A DNA stretch of 63,933 bases, filler included, from Reticulomyxa filosa (GCA_000512085.1; 21 parts of 21 records of this genome joined end to end with filler, not necessarily neighbours in it), one strand, 5' to 3'. Counted from the first letter of the whole stretch, positions 13,364-26,037 are shown. Notes: a model not told the origin generated them from the sequence alone. Made by a program: numbers and translations.

Positions 13364-16077
13364 AACAATTGCATCCCAGAAGCTCTTTTCTGTTCCGCTG
13401 TTGATGTGATTCTGTTTATTGCAATGAGCGTCCAGAGAGGTTTGTTGTTGTGTAAAATGAACTACAACACACACAAACAAAAATTAACGTCAAACTGCTT
13501 CGCCATCGTGTGTAATGAATAGGTTGTTTTTACACATTGGAAGCGCGGCATAGCCACACACGTAAGACAATTGCAATGAAGGATTGGGTTTGTCTTCCTT
13601 GCTTGGATTGCTTTCATCTTGTGTCTTCGTCAAACTCACTTCCGCTGGAATCATCGCGTGCAATGTCTCATTTCCAAATTGGTACTCGACTCGTCTGAGC
13701 CAATTTTTTTCGTTTTTTTTTTTTTTAAAAAAAAAAAATTATTCCCCCATTTACCATCCCCACGTTATGTATATTAATATACATATACATTTTTTGTTCT
13801 CTCTCTCTTTCTCTTTTTTTTATACATGTATAGTATATTCCCCTCTCCACCTCACTCGCTTTGAACAGAAACAATACCTAGAGTACATACACACACACAC
13901 ACAACATAAGTGGATACAAACACAACATGCACACTTTTGTTTCAAGGATTTACTTCGAACGTGATTAGGTTTGGGGGCAGAAGACTCCGCAAGAGGATTT
14001 GCACTCTTTGCTTTAGGACTACCGGTCAACTTGTCCATCAATTGATGATCGCTCTTGCTTCGTCGCAGTGGATCGCTGCTGGGGTTACTATAGGGAATGT
14101 TCGGCGCATCAAAAAAAGGCCCAAACACATGAGATTGCGACTTCATTCGTTTGGACACTGCATTACCTGACCCAATCCCAATTATCACATTATATATATA
14201 TACATATCATATGTGTGTGTGTGTGTGTGTGTGTGTGTACATATGTATGTATGATGACGATGGTGATATATGTTTTGATATGTGAAAAGTTAAAAGTAAC
14301 TCGAGTCAGCTTGAGCGTTGGTAGTCGATGGCGGAGGCGGAGTGATCTCAGGAAGGCTCTCCACAATCAGGTCGTTCCGCAATGGAAACAAGTGTCCCAA
14401 CTCTTCGTCTTCATCATCTTCGCTATTGTTATGTTTCATCTTCGCAAGCACGTGGCTAATGTCCGTAAGGCTTTTTGGCTTTCTGCTCCGGCTTGCTTCA
14501 AGGGCTTATTGTCCATTGTCATCGACGACGATCTCATGTGTTCGTCTACTCATACAAACACACACATTAGTATACGTATATTATCATACACACATATGTA
14601 TAAATATTATAACCATTAATCGTAGTTTGCCTTTTGGCATTTTTGTAATACATATCATATCTCATTGGAAATTGTTTTTTGTCTTGTGTATCACTGATCT
14701 GACGATTGGCATTACGGAAAGGAAAGCTTTTTCCGTGATCATCATGGTCATCGGCTTTGGATGCAATAATATCTAATTCCTCGTCGCTTTCGTGTAGCTT
14801 TACATGCGATTTTTCTTCTTCGTCATATTTCGAATCCTCGGTTTCTTCGATACTTACGCTCTTTTGCAACTTTTTGGTGTTTGCGGTTTTTTTGGAGGAT
14901 CCATTCTTACCATTGTCATCTTGTCTCCTCTTGCTCCCACTTGGCTCTTCTCCACGAGGGGATTCCTCCAAAGGTTCAAATGTGTAGTGATGTTTTTGTA
15001 CCGATCCAAATTCTTCTTCATTGTCGTCATCATCTTCATCATCATCGTCATCGTCATCGTCATCGTCGCCACCGTCCCCTTGCTGTCTCTGCTTCCCTTT
15101 GGGATTGGCCTTCTTTTGATGTTTGATAACAGTGTAATTGGGCGGGGATGCATTGGAGGAGGACGACATATGCGACTTGGATCTTTCGAGCTCTTGGTTT
15201 GTGTTGGATTTCATTGGAGTGTCGTCGGTGGCAGTACCGGCCCTCGAGGCTGCTTTTTTGCCATTGGCTTTGTGATTGTCGTTGTCATTGTCGTTGTCGT
15301 TTTCGTTTTCGTTTTCATTTTCGTCTTCGTCGTTTTCATCGTCGTTGTCGTTGTCGTTGTCATTGTTTTTGGCTTTGCCATTGGCCTTGCCATTGGCCTT
15401 GCCGTTGACCTTGCCGTTGACCTTGCCATTGGCTTGGTCCACATAGCTCAGCTCCGCGTTTTCATCGATGCCATCCAAAGACTTGTGTGGTGACTCGTCG
15501 ACCACAGAGTAGTCCTTCAGCGAAGACCAGTCACTGTCCGTGTCACGTTTGATCGTCACGGTTCGCGAAAGCTCCGGGAATTCAAATCGCATTAGGTCGT
15601 CGTCACTATCCGTCGTGCTGTACTGCTCCGCCTGTCCATCCCCATTTTCGTCGTTACGATCATCATCACTTGGTTTCCATGAACTCTCCGATGGGACGTC
15701 GACTTTTGGCGGGCGACTGTTTTTTGAACGATCAAATACACTCAACAAATTATTATCGGTATATACACGCACCATATAATACATATTATATACATATAAA
15801 CATATATGTATATAATATGTATTATATGGTGCGTGCATAATATGGTAAAATAAACCCCACTTAACACTCGGCGAAATTTTCGATGTCTGTGTTGAGAAGA
15901 ACCTGATGTGACTGAAGACGTAGTGCTGCCGTTTTGTCTCATTTGCCTTCTTTTTCGATGTTTTTTTGCTCTGCTGTTTTGTGATGCCCTCGATTGGTGG
16001 GTTCCTAATGAACCATGGGACGATAGTGATCCTTGTCTTTTTAACGGCTTTTCGCTTTTTAATTCTTCCATTGGCAT
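10919..16077 (-). CDS. EML/EMAP-like microtubule-associated protein (HELP + WD40 TAPE domain) with a long acidic low-complexity N-terminus
   Basis: HELP-like PNPSLQLSYVCGY...CKNNLF...DGE|IVYNVSSVVVIHN...YTRHNTPITSLCAHP, several WD40 exons, and EML-type C-terminus ASGDKFGIVRLHTYP...HSTPVTSLFF...DKSIFCWKIE*. Joining the N-terminal exons (14300-16077) to this gene is inferred. Confidence 0.8.
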
Positions 16078-16885
16078 ACTTTCTTTTTTTATTTTTCAAG
16101 TTTATTACAATTTAATATTTTTTAGCTTTTTTTTCCTTTTTTTNNNNNNNNNNNNNNNNNNNNNNNNNNNNNNNNNNNNNNNNNNNNTTAATTAATTAAN
16201 NNNNNNNNNNNNNNNNNNNNNNNNNNNNNNNNNNNNNNNNNNNCAACTAGAAATTAGAGTGGCAGTGGTGAAAGAAACAGCAGCATTTGTCATTCGAACC
16301 AACAGAAAATTGTGAAAACAACTTTTGACTAACTCGAATAAAACTTTACTGATTTTTGGCGTTAAATACGTAACTATTGTACATTTGTCGTTTCCTTGTT
16401 TTGTTTTTGTTTTTTAAGTGCCAGTGTTCATTTTTGGACGAGGTACTTTTGATTGAACTTGGAGACACTTTCGTTAAAAAAAAAAAAAATGACCATTCTC
16501 AAAAATTGACGCTTAATGTTGTAAAAAATAACTTCTGCACACATTAAGTAATTTTATTTTCAGATTAACTAAATTTGAAACATATTTAAGGTAAAAGATG
16601 ATAGCACAACTTGACAAACGAAACTAAATGTATAGTTCGACGTTATTTCCACTTTTCAAATTTGAAAAAAGGGTCGATTTGAGCTATAATAATTGATTGA
16701 ATTATGTATTAAAAGGGACTTTGATCAATTGTTCATACATCCAGATGAAGTTTAGAAAAAGATTCAAACACAAACTGCAGTCCCTCTACAAATTAGACAC
16801 CCAAGCTACTCACAAAAAAAGGAAAAAAAGAGGAAAGACCTGAAGGAGGTTTTCAGTTAGTTTGGTTTATGCAACAACAAGTTTT

Positions 16886-18013
16886 TCAGAGGTCACTGTT
16901 CAAAATGAATCTATTTCCTTCTGATTCTCTACCATCGTATTTGATTTTTCCCCTTCCCAAGAAAGCTGCTGGCTCGGTTTTTTGCTTCACTTCGACGTCT
17001 TGGCTCTCTTCTACAATATCCTCCGTATCTTGCATCTTATATTATTTAGCAAATTGAAAAGTAGAGAACAAACAAGCCAACAATTAAGAAAATTAAGTAA
17101 TTACATAAATAAATCAGTGTAGTGTATAAACACTAATTTTTTGGTGCTCTTACTTGTTGTTGTGAGGGTTTTTTCACCACCAAGAACTTTCCTTTTTCCA
17201 ATGCTTCTTTTTGCTCTTTTGGGGTGACTTCGGTGGTGTCCAGATAGGTGAGTCCATGTAAATGATACAAAACAGTGAATCGATAACGGCGGTATTTGTC
17301 TTCGTTTCCATGTTTAAAGTATATCGACGGGCACACGGGATTTCGTAGCAATGACAAGTACGATAGTCGAGGGCACTTTAGTTAATGTAGGTTTTTGGAT
17401 TTTTTTTTTATATTGAATTTTCCCGAGAAAATTTTGGAGAGATGAAGGAGAAAGGGAAAAAAAAAAACGTACATTTTTAGCCAAAGCCTTTAGCAAACCA
17501 TGCATATCAGATAATTGATTGTTGTTTAGCCATAAGGTGCGCAAATAAGGCATTTTTGGCATATCATCAATATCCAACATACCGTTTCGGTCCAATTGCA
17601 AGGTCTCCAAGCGCTTGAAATATTGCAAGTTTGCTAAAGATCTATTTGTAAAGAAATAACAGTCATTGAAAAAAACAAAGATTGTTAAAGTTAGAAAATG
17701 GGGGCGCTGGAGAGAAAAAAAAACTTATCAAGCAAGATTACGTATACCTGATTTTATTGTCTGTCAAAACCAAAGTTCGAACAGTTTCCCCCTTGGCCTG
17801 GGCTATGTCTGCTGGAATTTCTGACAGACTTTGTGATGTTAATCGCAAAATATTTTCGTTTTCTCCTTCATCTTCACTTTCAACTTGCATTTCCCGAACT
17901 TCGACATTTTTTAAATGCGAGGTCGATTGATTGGTAGTGCTCCCCTTAGTATTCTGCTCATTGGTGTTTGCATCGTCAACGAGATCTTCGTTTTGAGCTT
18001 TTGAGTCACTCAT
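16886..18013 (-). CDS. LRMDA: LRMDA/C10orf11-like leucine-rich repeat protein (4 exons)
   Basis: LRRs (LETLQLDRN, LRTLWLNNNQL), LRRcap LSLLRNPVCP...YRRYRFTVLYHLHGLTYLDTTEVT, and the family C-terminus KYDGRESEGNRFILNSDL*. Confidence 0.85.
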
Positions 18014-18328
18014 GATACCGTATCTTTACAATAGTAAAAAATGCACAAAATATTGAGATTTTGAGCTCTTTTTGCCAAGTAAGTCCCAAAAAGAGTTGTA
18101 GCCCCCAGAAAAAAATGCTTTACGGTAAACTGCAAAAAAATACTTCTTCTCACTTTTGCAATGTAAACAAAATTTGCCTTATGGAAAAAATTGAATTAAT
18201 TATCTTTGACAAAGTTTGAACAAGCGGCTTTTGTTTTTGGGAACCCATACTAGTTCGATTGTTGAAAAATTGATTTTCTTATTGAGGACACTTGCTATCA
18301 AATCGTTCCTTAATAAAACACCCACTCA
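18014..18328. promoter_or_regulatory. Probable bidirectional promoter between LRMDA and RPL18A
   Basis: Head-to-head start codons only ~315 bp apart on the same contig. Inferred from arrangement; no motif identified. Confidence 0.45.
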
Positions 18329-19127
18329 ATGCCAGTAAGAATTTTTGCTGTTTGTTGTTTTTAGCATTTAAAATTTCTCTTCTGACGACAATAGTTGAGA
18401 TATTTCGTTGTTATTGGTCGTGCAAAACCAACGGAAACCAATCAAAACCCAAAAATTTACAAATTGAAAGTATTTTGCAGAAATGATGTGAAAGCCAAGT
18501 CTTTGTTTTGGAAACATATGGCCAACTTTGACCGTATCAAGAAAACACAGGGCCAAGTTTAGTTGTTGTGACCTCTTGAGTTTAAAAATAAAGAAGAAGG
18601 GAGAAAAAAAGTGAAACTGTCTGCGATTTTTCGGCTATGATGTTTTGCAAATACATGATGAAACTATTGACACTTGCAGATATTGGCTGTTCACCGCATT
18701 TTGGACCGAGACCCCACACGTGTAAAAAATTTTGGTTTCTGGTTGAAGTATCGCTCACGCATGGGTATTCATAATATGTATCGTGAGTACAGAGATGTGA
18801 CAGTTGACTCTGCAGCACAAAAGCTGTACGACGATATGGCCGGACGACACAAGGCAAAACCAGATAACATTCATATTATTGACTGCCGTGAAATCAGTGA
18901 CCATCAAGTGAAAAGACCAAGAGTCAGACAATTTTTGGTATGTACTTGTTATTGTAACTTTTCAAAAAAAAATTTTTTTTCGAAAATGGGATTCAATCAT
19001 ATCAATGTGTTTTAAAAAACAGGAGCCTGAATTGCGCTTCAGAAATCCATTTAAAGTGCCTCGTGCTCCAACACGACAGCTCTACCGTGTGTTTTCCAAG
19101 AGAAAACTTACTTCTCGCATGGTCTAA
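18329..19127 (+). CDS. RPL18A: 60S ribosomal protein L18a (eL20), 4 coding exons
   Basis: Exons 18329-18334, 18395-18556, 18680-18937 and 19023-19127 give MP|LRYFVVIGRAKPT...AKSLFW...KKTQGQ|IL...VKNFGFWLKYRSRMGIHNMYREYRD...MAGRHKA...|EPELRF...*. All introns are GT-AG. Confidence 0.95.
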
Positions 19128-19695
19128 TTTTAAAACAACTCTGGTTGTTATCACCAATCGAAAGGTGTCATTTGTCAGCAACTTTGTTTTGTTGTTGGAA
19201 AAGAGAGTTGAATTATTTTGGTCATTTACAATGGCTTGATTTTGTTAGTGTTGGTGATAAAAAGAATTGTCTCGCTTTAATTTGTTGTCAAAAATCCAGT
19301 ATTAAAAAGAAACAAATTTTTGTTTCAAAATCTGCAAATTTTTTGACAATGAAGAAGCTCTGGCTAAGTGTGTTCAATATCTAAATCATCAAGCTCTCAA
19401 CTGTGTAAAAATCGATTCTTAAAGGTAGCAAGAAAATGGTTAATGTAAGCGTTTTACGATTTGAGAATTTGACTAGACAGAAAAGTCTATTGCCTGTTCT
19501 CAAAAAGACACCATTGTTTGTAAATTTTCTTTTGATAATTATGGTTGGTGTCGTCCTCTTTCCGGGGAATACGACATTTTTTTAAGATTGGAATAAATTT
19601 TGAAAATTTGGATGCGATCAACCTGTCACGCGAGCCAGTTGTTCTTTTGTTAGTTTGTAGTAGTTTTTTTCTTTGTTTCGGTAGTTGGGTAGATA

Positions 19696-21247
19696 ATGCC
19701 AAGAGTAGCACAAAGCAAGAGTAAGAGTAAGAGCAAAAGCAGAAGTGTGATAAAAAGCGTGAGCAGAAGCAAAAGCCAAAGCAAGAGCAAGAGCCGAAGT
19801 GTCAGTAATAATGAGAGCAGAAGCAAAAGTAAAAGCGGAAGTCCAAGTCTAAGTAAAAGCAAGAGCAAAAGCAAGAGTAAAAGTAAGAGTAAAAGTCAAA
19901 GTAAAAGCAAAAGCAAGAGCAGAAGCCAGAGTCAAAGCAAGAGCAAGAGCAGAAGCCAGAGTCAAAGCAAGAGCAAGAGCAAAAGCAAAAGTAAAAGCGT
20001 GAGTAAAAGTAAAAGTAAAAGCCAAGACGAAAGCAATGCAAATGAGCAGGACAAGAAGGAGCGAAGAGAGGTGCAAAATGACGAAGAACTCGACAAAAAG
20101 AGAGAAAAGGAGAGAGGGAGAGAAGGGACAAAAGACGACAAAGAAAAAGAAAGAAAAAAGGGGAAAGAAGAGGAAAGGGATAAAGAAAGAGCAAAGGACA
20201 AAGAAAAAGAAAAAGAAAAAGAAAAAGAAAAAAAAGAGATAAAAGATGGAAAAGCGCAATCGACAAAAAAGAAATCAAGTGGAAGCAGTCGTAAAAAAAG
20301 GAAAGAAAAAAAGCGCAAGCGATCGAGTGATGGAAGCAGTAAGGGGTCAAACCACCACAAGAAAAGGAAACGACTTGAAATAGCAATGACAAATGAGCAG
20401 CTGATTAGCAGCAACGCAGCGCTTGGAAGCGGCGCAGAGAATATTGGTAGTGCAATGTTCCTTTCCAATTCCATGACCCATCAAGGTATACATTGGTCAC
20501 ATATCATTTAAATCTGTCATAGCTCGCTTCGGCAATGTTCTTCATTCTTCTTTTCCTCTTCTTTTCCTCTTCTTTTCCTCCTCGTCCTCTCCCTCTTCCT
20601 CCTCCCCCTTTTCCTTCTTGCTCTTTCTGTGCTATGTATGCTATGTATGTGTGGCGCGCAACATAAAGCATAGACCTCTCACGCAAAACGCAATGTCCAC
20701 CATCATAGATGCGTTGTTTTCAATCTCGCTGTTGAATCAACAACAAACGCAAGTGGAGGAAGAAGCGCGCAAAAAAGGAATCGCTTTGGACCACCCCGAC
20801 TTGCGGCTTTATTTCGAGCAACTCGAAAGATTAAAGGCTAAAGTGTATGATCAACTGCAAGTTTAATCACGATATTTATCTCTCTCTCTCTCTTTGTTAT
20901 TATGTCTTTATATGTGTATGTGATGCTCTTTCCTCCTCCCCTTTTTTTTTTTTGGGATGTGGTTCACATCATTTTGAATAGAAACAAGGACGGGGAAACT
21001 CCGAATCGTCTAGCGATGGCAAAAGTAGCAGCCATAGGAATGCATCAAACTCCGACAGCGGACAGTCTTGGTCGTCGCGACACGACAAAAGGAAATCACA
21101 CAAACTCAAAAAAAATAATGGAAAGCATAAGCACGCTTCCAAAAAAGAACGAAGCATTGGGGATGCGTATCACGCCACGTTGCAAGGGAGTTTGGTTCCA
21201 TGGTTGATCCCAGAATTTTCGACACATGCTCACAACCTGCCAAGTTT
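19696..21247 (+). CDS. (Ser-Lys)n repeat, charged low-complexity protein, probably nuclear (3' truncated)
   Basis: About 100 aa of SK/SR/SQ dipeptides, a KE-rich tract and KKRKR NLS-like motifs. Further exons at ~20673-20842 and ~20982-21247. Confidence 0.6.
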
Positions 21248-21347
21248 NNNNNNNNNNNNNNNNNNNNNNNNNNNNNNNNNNNNNNNNNNNNTTAATTAAT
21301 TAANNNNNNNNNNNNNNNNNNNNNNNNNNNNNNNNNNNNNNNNNNNN

Positions 21348-22390
21348 CAGATACAAGATCAAGATCAGAAGGACGAGAGCGTGGCGAAGAGAATAGCAGT
21401 GTAGAAGATATGGAAGAACGACTATTGAAGAGAGAAAAGGAGAAGTGCAATCGTATTACACAAGTGGATATGGTGATAATGAATGGAGATGAAGGGAGAG
21501 AGACGAAGAAAGTGTGCAGTTGGGAAGGAACGAATAGCAATATCAAAGACTTGAACAACGAATGGAAGTGGAACAAGGTATTGCCGTTGCAAAACTATCC
21601 GTTCGAGTTGCTACAAAAAGACCTGTTGAATATAATGAACATTGAGAATGTGACGTTTGAAAAGGAAATAGCATTGGAGTATCTGGAATACTTTATCCGT
21701 GAGCACGTGCTCAGATACGACGCATGGCTGTTTCATCGCGATCACTCACACGTCGAAGGTCGTTGTCATCGATTTGACGATCTCACAAAGTTTCAAAAGT
21801 CCATTGCCAATTGGAGCTTCTTCTTACTCTGTCTTCAACGCCAACTCTATTGCAGCGTCAACATCTTTTTGCAATGTGATGCTGCTCCGCTCTTTTTCTT
21901 CAGTCCGTTCCATGCCACCACTACACACGCTACAAAGTTTATATATATATATATAACATATATATTATATATATATATATGTTATATATAATTTTGTTTT
22001 TTATGAAAATAAAGATTTACAGCACAGATTTGTTTGGAATTGGGAATGTTAGGACTGTATTGCATTGACCCCGCTAATGTGTTTGGGGAACATGTTAGTG
22101 ACGCCAAAGTCAAGAAATGGAAAGAAACAGAGGCAGTCAAAATTGACAAAGACAAGTTTGTCAACATTCAAAGAGCGAGGCTCAAACGCAGACAATGTCT
22201 CGATTTGGTGTTGAATTCGCACAAACTTGGAGAAATGGTATTTTCATTACACTCATTTGTTGTTCTCTCATTATATTCAAAACTCTTTTTGTTTGATTGT
22301 TTGATTGTTCTGGAATTGCAGGTGGAATCGTACGAAAGTGGTGATTGGATTTTATTTACACATGTCATTCAAAAACTGCTCACTTTATGA
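21348..22390 (+). CDS. Hypothetical protein (5' truncated, at least 3 exons)
   Basis: ORFs 21410..21991 and 22034..22390 joined through (TA)n-rich GT-AG introns, ending ...FTHVIQKLLTL*. Confidence 0.55.
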
Positions 22391-22677
22391 ATTTTTTCCA
22401 TCACTAACTCATTGTTTATTGTTCTTTTTTTTCTTTACAAAAATACCTCATTTATTTTAAAGAAGTGTTTTTTACAAGTTCACTTGGAGAGAGACAGTGT
22501 TTACTCAGTTTTGTTTTTGATATTTTTTTTAGCATATCCAAAATGCATTGTCAGTCCACATATTAAAATGGAACATTTTTTTTATTGCAAAGAAAATAAA
22601 TTAAACAATTAGTGTTGTCTTGAGGAAGGAAAATAGCAAAAAAAAAGTGTAGCACGCTCTTAATCACCCATCCTGCA

Positions 22678-22985
22678 ATGACTACCCATGATGTGAACAA
22701 CGGACGCTATCCACAGATTCTGGATCTTGGAAGTCCCTCTCAAGCAGACTTGGATAGTCATAAATGTCCAACTTGCAATGTTAACCAAAAAGTGTTATCT
22801 TCTGAGCTTACAGGATGAATATCTAGATTAAGATTGCAAAACAAAATATAGTGGAGCTTCACAGAACGAATTCCACGCGCATTGGATTGTGGTCATTCAT
22901 TTTTTTTCTGTGAGAATTGTTTACGAAAGCGAAAAGATGTGAAGTGTAGAAACTGTCATCAAATCACGTCAATTGCGCCGTTATT
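22678..22985 (+). pseudogene. Disrupted RING-finger coding sequence
   Basis: RIPRALDCGHSF(FF)CENCL...VKCRNC is the C-terminal part of a RING-HC motif. The upstream Cys pair is separated from it by stops or frameshifts. Confidence 0.5.
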
Positions 22986-23465
22986 CAATCCGTGATTTTA
23001 CATTCTTTTTTTTTAGAAAACAAAAAAGAAAAAATATATTATTTTGTGAGATGTCGCAATACTACCCTACCGTTAATAACGACCAATATGAATATGACAG
23101 AAACCTATTCGCTCAAAGTCCAGAGTCAAAGTATGGAAGTCAATCGCAAGCACCATATCAACTCTCGGTTTCAGTGAGTGGAACACCATGTTCATACCCA
23201 GTCCCTGATTCGGGTCATGGCTCCAGTCCGCAACATTTCACATACTCTCAACTTTCACCTTTCCCTTTGGTAATCCATTTATATATATGTATATATATAA
23301 ATTAAATATGATGTAATGTGTATTCTCTTTGATACATATCCAATTACTCAATTTCGGAAAAAAANNNNNNNNNNNNNNNNNNNNNNNNNNNNNNNNNNNN
23401 NNNNNNNNTTAATTAATTAANNNNNNNNNNNNNNNNNNNNNNNNNNNNNNNNNNNNNNNNNNNNC

Positions 23466-23642
23466 AAGCTGCTGCAGAAAATCCAGTCCACCCTGCGCCT
23501 GATTGAGGAAGGCAACTACGGTTACTGCGAAGACACCGGCGAGCCGATCGGCCTGAAGCGCCTGCTGGCCCGTCCGACTGCCTCGCTGTCGGTAGAAGCG
23601 CAAGAACGTCGTGAGCGCATGAAGCGTCAGTACGCGGACTGA
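23466..23642 (+). CDS. dksA: RNA polymerase-binding factor DksA (C-terminal part, bacterial)
   Basis: Reads KLLQKIQSTLRLIEEGNYGYCEDTGEPIGLKRLLARPTASLSVEAQERRERMKRQYAD*. Missed by the ORF track. Confidence 0.93.
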   Translation, partial: KLLQKIQSTLRLIEEGNYGYCEDTGEPIGLKRLLARPTASLSVEAQERRERMKRQYAD

Positions 23643-23666
23643 GTCTGCGATAGCAAGGCGAGCACG

Positions 23667-23693
23667 AGGCACCCTGCGGGGTGCCTTTTGTTT
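23667..23693 (+). terminator. Rho-independent terminator after dksA
   Basis: Hairpin AGGCACCC-TGCG-GGGTGCCT followed by TTTGTTT. Confidence 0.8.
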
Positions 23694-23774
23694 GCACGCA
23701 AGGCTTGGCAGCGCGCAGTGACTCGGGTTAATGTTGCTGTGCAAACAAACAGATAAAGCCCCAAGGACAAAGCA

Positions 23775-24846
<1,072 letters not shown>

Positions 24847-24864
24847 GCTGGCCCGACAGCATGC

Positions 24865-24893
24865 AAAACCCCCGCCGGATAGCGGGGGTTTTT
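24865..24893. terminator. Bidirectional intrinsic terminator between convergent aroG and AIM24-family genes
   Basis: AAAA-CCCCCGC-CGGATA-GCGGGGG-TTTTT. Confidence 0.85.
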
Positions 24894-24935
24894 GTTTGCC
24901 TGCGGCCAACGTTGGCCACCATGCCGAAACGTGGC

Positions 24936-25728
24936 TTAGTCCTTGCCGTCCATCAGCTTGCCCAGGCCGCCCAGCAGCGAGCCCTGTTCGCTGCTGCTGC
25001 CGCCGGCACGCGGGCTGGCGGCCACGATGCGGTCTGCCAGCCGCGACAGCGGCAGTGACTGCAGCCATACCTTGCCTGGCCCGGTCAGGCGGGCAAAGAA
25101 CACGCCCTCGCCGCCAAACAGCGCGCTCTTGAGCTTGCCGACGTATTCGATATCAAAATCCACGCTCGGTTGGAACGCTACCACGCAGCCGGTATCGACG
25201 CGCAGCACTTCGCCCGGGTGCAACTGGCGGCAGGTCAGTGTGCCACCGGCGTGCAGGAAGACATAGCCGTCGCCTTCCAGCTTTTGCATGATGAAGCCTT
25301 CGCCGCCAAACAGGCCGGTGCCGACTTTTTCTGCAGTGCCAGCCCCAGGCTTACGCCTTTGGCGCCGGCCAGAAAGCTGCTTTTTGCGCGTGCAGCACGC
25401 CGCCCAGCTCCTTCAGGTGCACCGGCACGATTTTGCCGGGGTAGCTGGCCGCAAAGGCCACCTTGCGTTTGCCATTGCCCTGGTTCTGGTACACGGTAGT
25501 AAACAGCGATTCGCCGGTGACCAGCCGTTTGCCGGCGCCCAGCAGCTTGCCGAACAAGCCGCTTTCGCTGGCAGAGCCGTCACCGAACACGGTATCCATG
25601 CTGATGCCGTCTTCCATGTAGTACAGCGCACCCGCCTCGCCTACGGCGGCTTCGCCCGGGTCCAGCTCCACCTCGACGTACTGCATGTCGTCACCAAACA
25701 CTTCGTAATCGATTACATCCATGCTCAT
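24936..25728 (-). CDS. TIGR00266/AIM24 (DUF124) family protein, two apparent frameshifts
   Basis: [26 protein letters not shown]...[11 protein letters not shown]...[17 protein letters not shown]...VDTGCVVAF...[32 protein letters not shown] missing A in two A-runs at ~25326-25385. Confidence 0.88.
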
Positions 25729-25800
25729 CGCGCTACTCCTTGGCTTGAAGGGATGGCCCATGCTAACTGCTTGTTTGGCAGCCGGCAAAGGTGATGGTGG

Positions 25801-25950
25801 TTAGGACTGGCGGTCTGTCTGTTCGGTCTCGCCCTTTGTCGGGCGCAGCAGCATAATCCATAGATGCAGCACGATGCCGGCCAGCGGCACCAGCCCCAGG
25901 ATGATGACGAAAACCCACTCCAGCGGGCTGAACAGGTCGCTCAGAGCCAT
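25801..25950 (-). CDS. 49-aa single-pass membrane small protein
   Basis: MALSDLFSPLEWVFVIILGLVPLAGIVLHLWIMLLRPTKGETEQTDRQS*, with an AGGAG RBS at 25956-25960, GC3-rich codons and one hydrophobic helix. Confidence 0.65.
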   Translation of the reverse strand: MALSDLFSPLEWVFVIILGLVPLAGIVLHLWIMLLRPTKGETEQTDRQS

Positions 25951-25976
25951 GGTTGCTCCTTGTGGTGTCGGATACG

Positions 25977-26000
25977 AAAAAGGCCGCCCGCAGGCAGCCC
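25977..26000 (-). terminator. Intrinsic terminator downstream of fba
   Basis: Minus strand GGGCTGCC-TGCG-GGCGGCCT-TTTT. Confidence 0.65.
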
Positions 26001-26037
26001 GGTGCAGCAGGCAGCCGCTAGCGGCTGCCGTGCAGGG

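Noticed and set aside
19650-20474. Poly-Leu/Phe 'membrane protein' ORFs on the minus strand (also 14804..15493 on plus)
   Set aside because: These are antisense translations of low-complexity SK/KE/D-rich coding repeats.
25992-26016. Neisseriaceae DNA uptake sequences (AGGCAGCC cores)
   Set aside because: They lack the CTGAA/CTGCA 3' part of known DUS dialects and are explained by hairpins.
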